Below, piece after piece: positions 63,589 through 64,000 of a stretch of DNA of 64,000 bases (the first letter of the stretch is position 1; each line of letters begins with the position of its first letter). The DNA lies in assembly GCA_030248215.1 (NCBI GenBank), contig JASANG010003696.1, positions 124,001 to 188,000 on the forward strand. Reading direction: 5' to 3'. The notes beneath the pieces were generated by a model. The model did not search any database. It was given only the letters and a program-made list of their open reading frames with translations, and had not been told where the DNA came from. Source of the stretch: Enoplolaimus lenunculus (taxonomy: Eukaryota). A program made the position numbers and the translations under genes.

Positions 63589-64000
63589 GGTCAATGTATA
63601 GAACTGTGTCGTAACAATGGTATGCGCATATTCGTAAGCTAAAGCCTAAGCCTAAGCGTAAGAATGAAGTTATGCGTAAACCTAAGCCTAAACGTAAGAA
63701 TGAGGTTATGCCTAAGCCTACGCCTAAGCGTAAGAATGAGGTTATGCCTAAACCTAAGCCTAAGCATAAGAATGAGGTTATGCCTAAGCCTAAGCCTAAG
63801 CGTAAGAATGAGGTTATGCCTAAGCCTAAGGCTAAGCGTAAGAACGAGGTCATACCTAAGCCTAAGCGTAAGAATGAGGTTATGCCTAAGCCTAAGCCTA
63901 AGCGTAAGAATGAGGTTATGCCTAAGCCTAAGCCTAAGCGTAACAAAGAGGTTATACCTAAACCTAAGCCTAAGCTTGTAAGAATTAGGTTATGCCCAAG
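63589..64000 (+). repeat. Telomere-like satellite (~33-bp unit: (GCCTAA)3 GCGTAAGAATGAGGTTAT-like) starting from a family A MITE left end; runs off the window
   Basis: A TIR-like start GGTCAATGTATAGAAC is followed by GCATATTCGTAAGC and about 10 tandem units. Confidence 0.9.

Noticed and set aside
63530..63981. ORFs with LGLGLG / LSLSLS repeats (also 9069-9269, 12848-13117, 33610-33859)
   Set aside because: These are translation artefacts of (TTAGGC)n repeats.
63637..64000. True chromosome telomere
   Set aside because: The C-rich strand faces the wrong way for a right-hand end, the units are compound, and the array starts at a MITE TIR.

Overview
This is AT-rich, intron-rich eukaryotic DNA, most likely from a nematode (inferred from abundant TTAGGC telomere-type hexamers and TTTCAG-type splice acceptors). 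Four spliced protein-coding genes can be reconstructed by hand. (1) The 5' end of NOP56 (minus strand, runs off the window start). (2) RCL1 (plus, 3 exons), divergent from NOP56. (3) A 10-exon aldo-keto reductase (plus, 22782-33181). (4) A convergent 10-exon metabotropic glutamate receptor-like class C GPCR (minus, 34940-46346). The GPCR has a GC-AG intron, appears to lack the distal glutamate-binding residues, and carries a ~190-aa insertion in its cysteine-rich domain. Most of the remaining sequence is a dense, often nested landscape of non-autonomous DNA transposons (MITEs) from at least nine families. Two related families have GGCC termini and 8-bp target duplications (Merlin-like) and carry oriented telomeric (GCCTAA)n cargo; one copy has expanded into a satellite at the window end. 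A candidate intronic H/ACA snoRNA lies in NOP56 intron 1. No transposase ORF was found. All calls come from manual reading; no searches were run.
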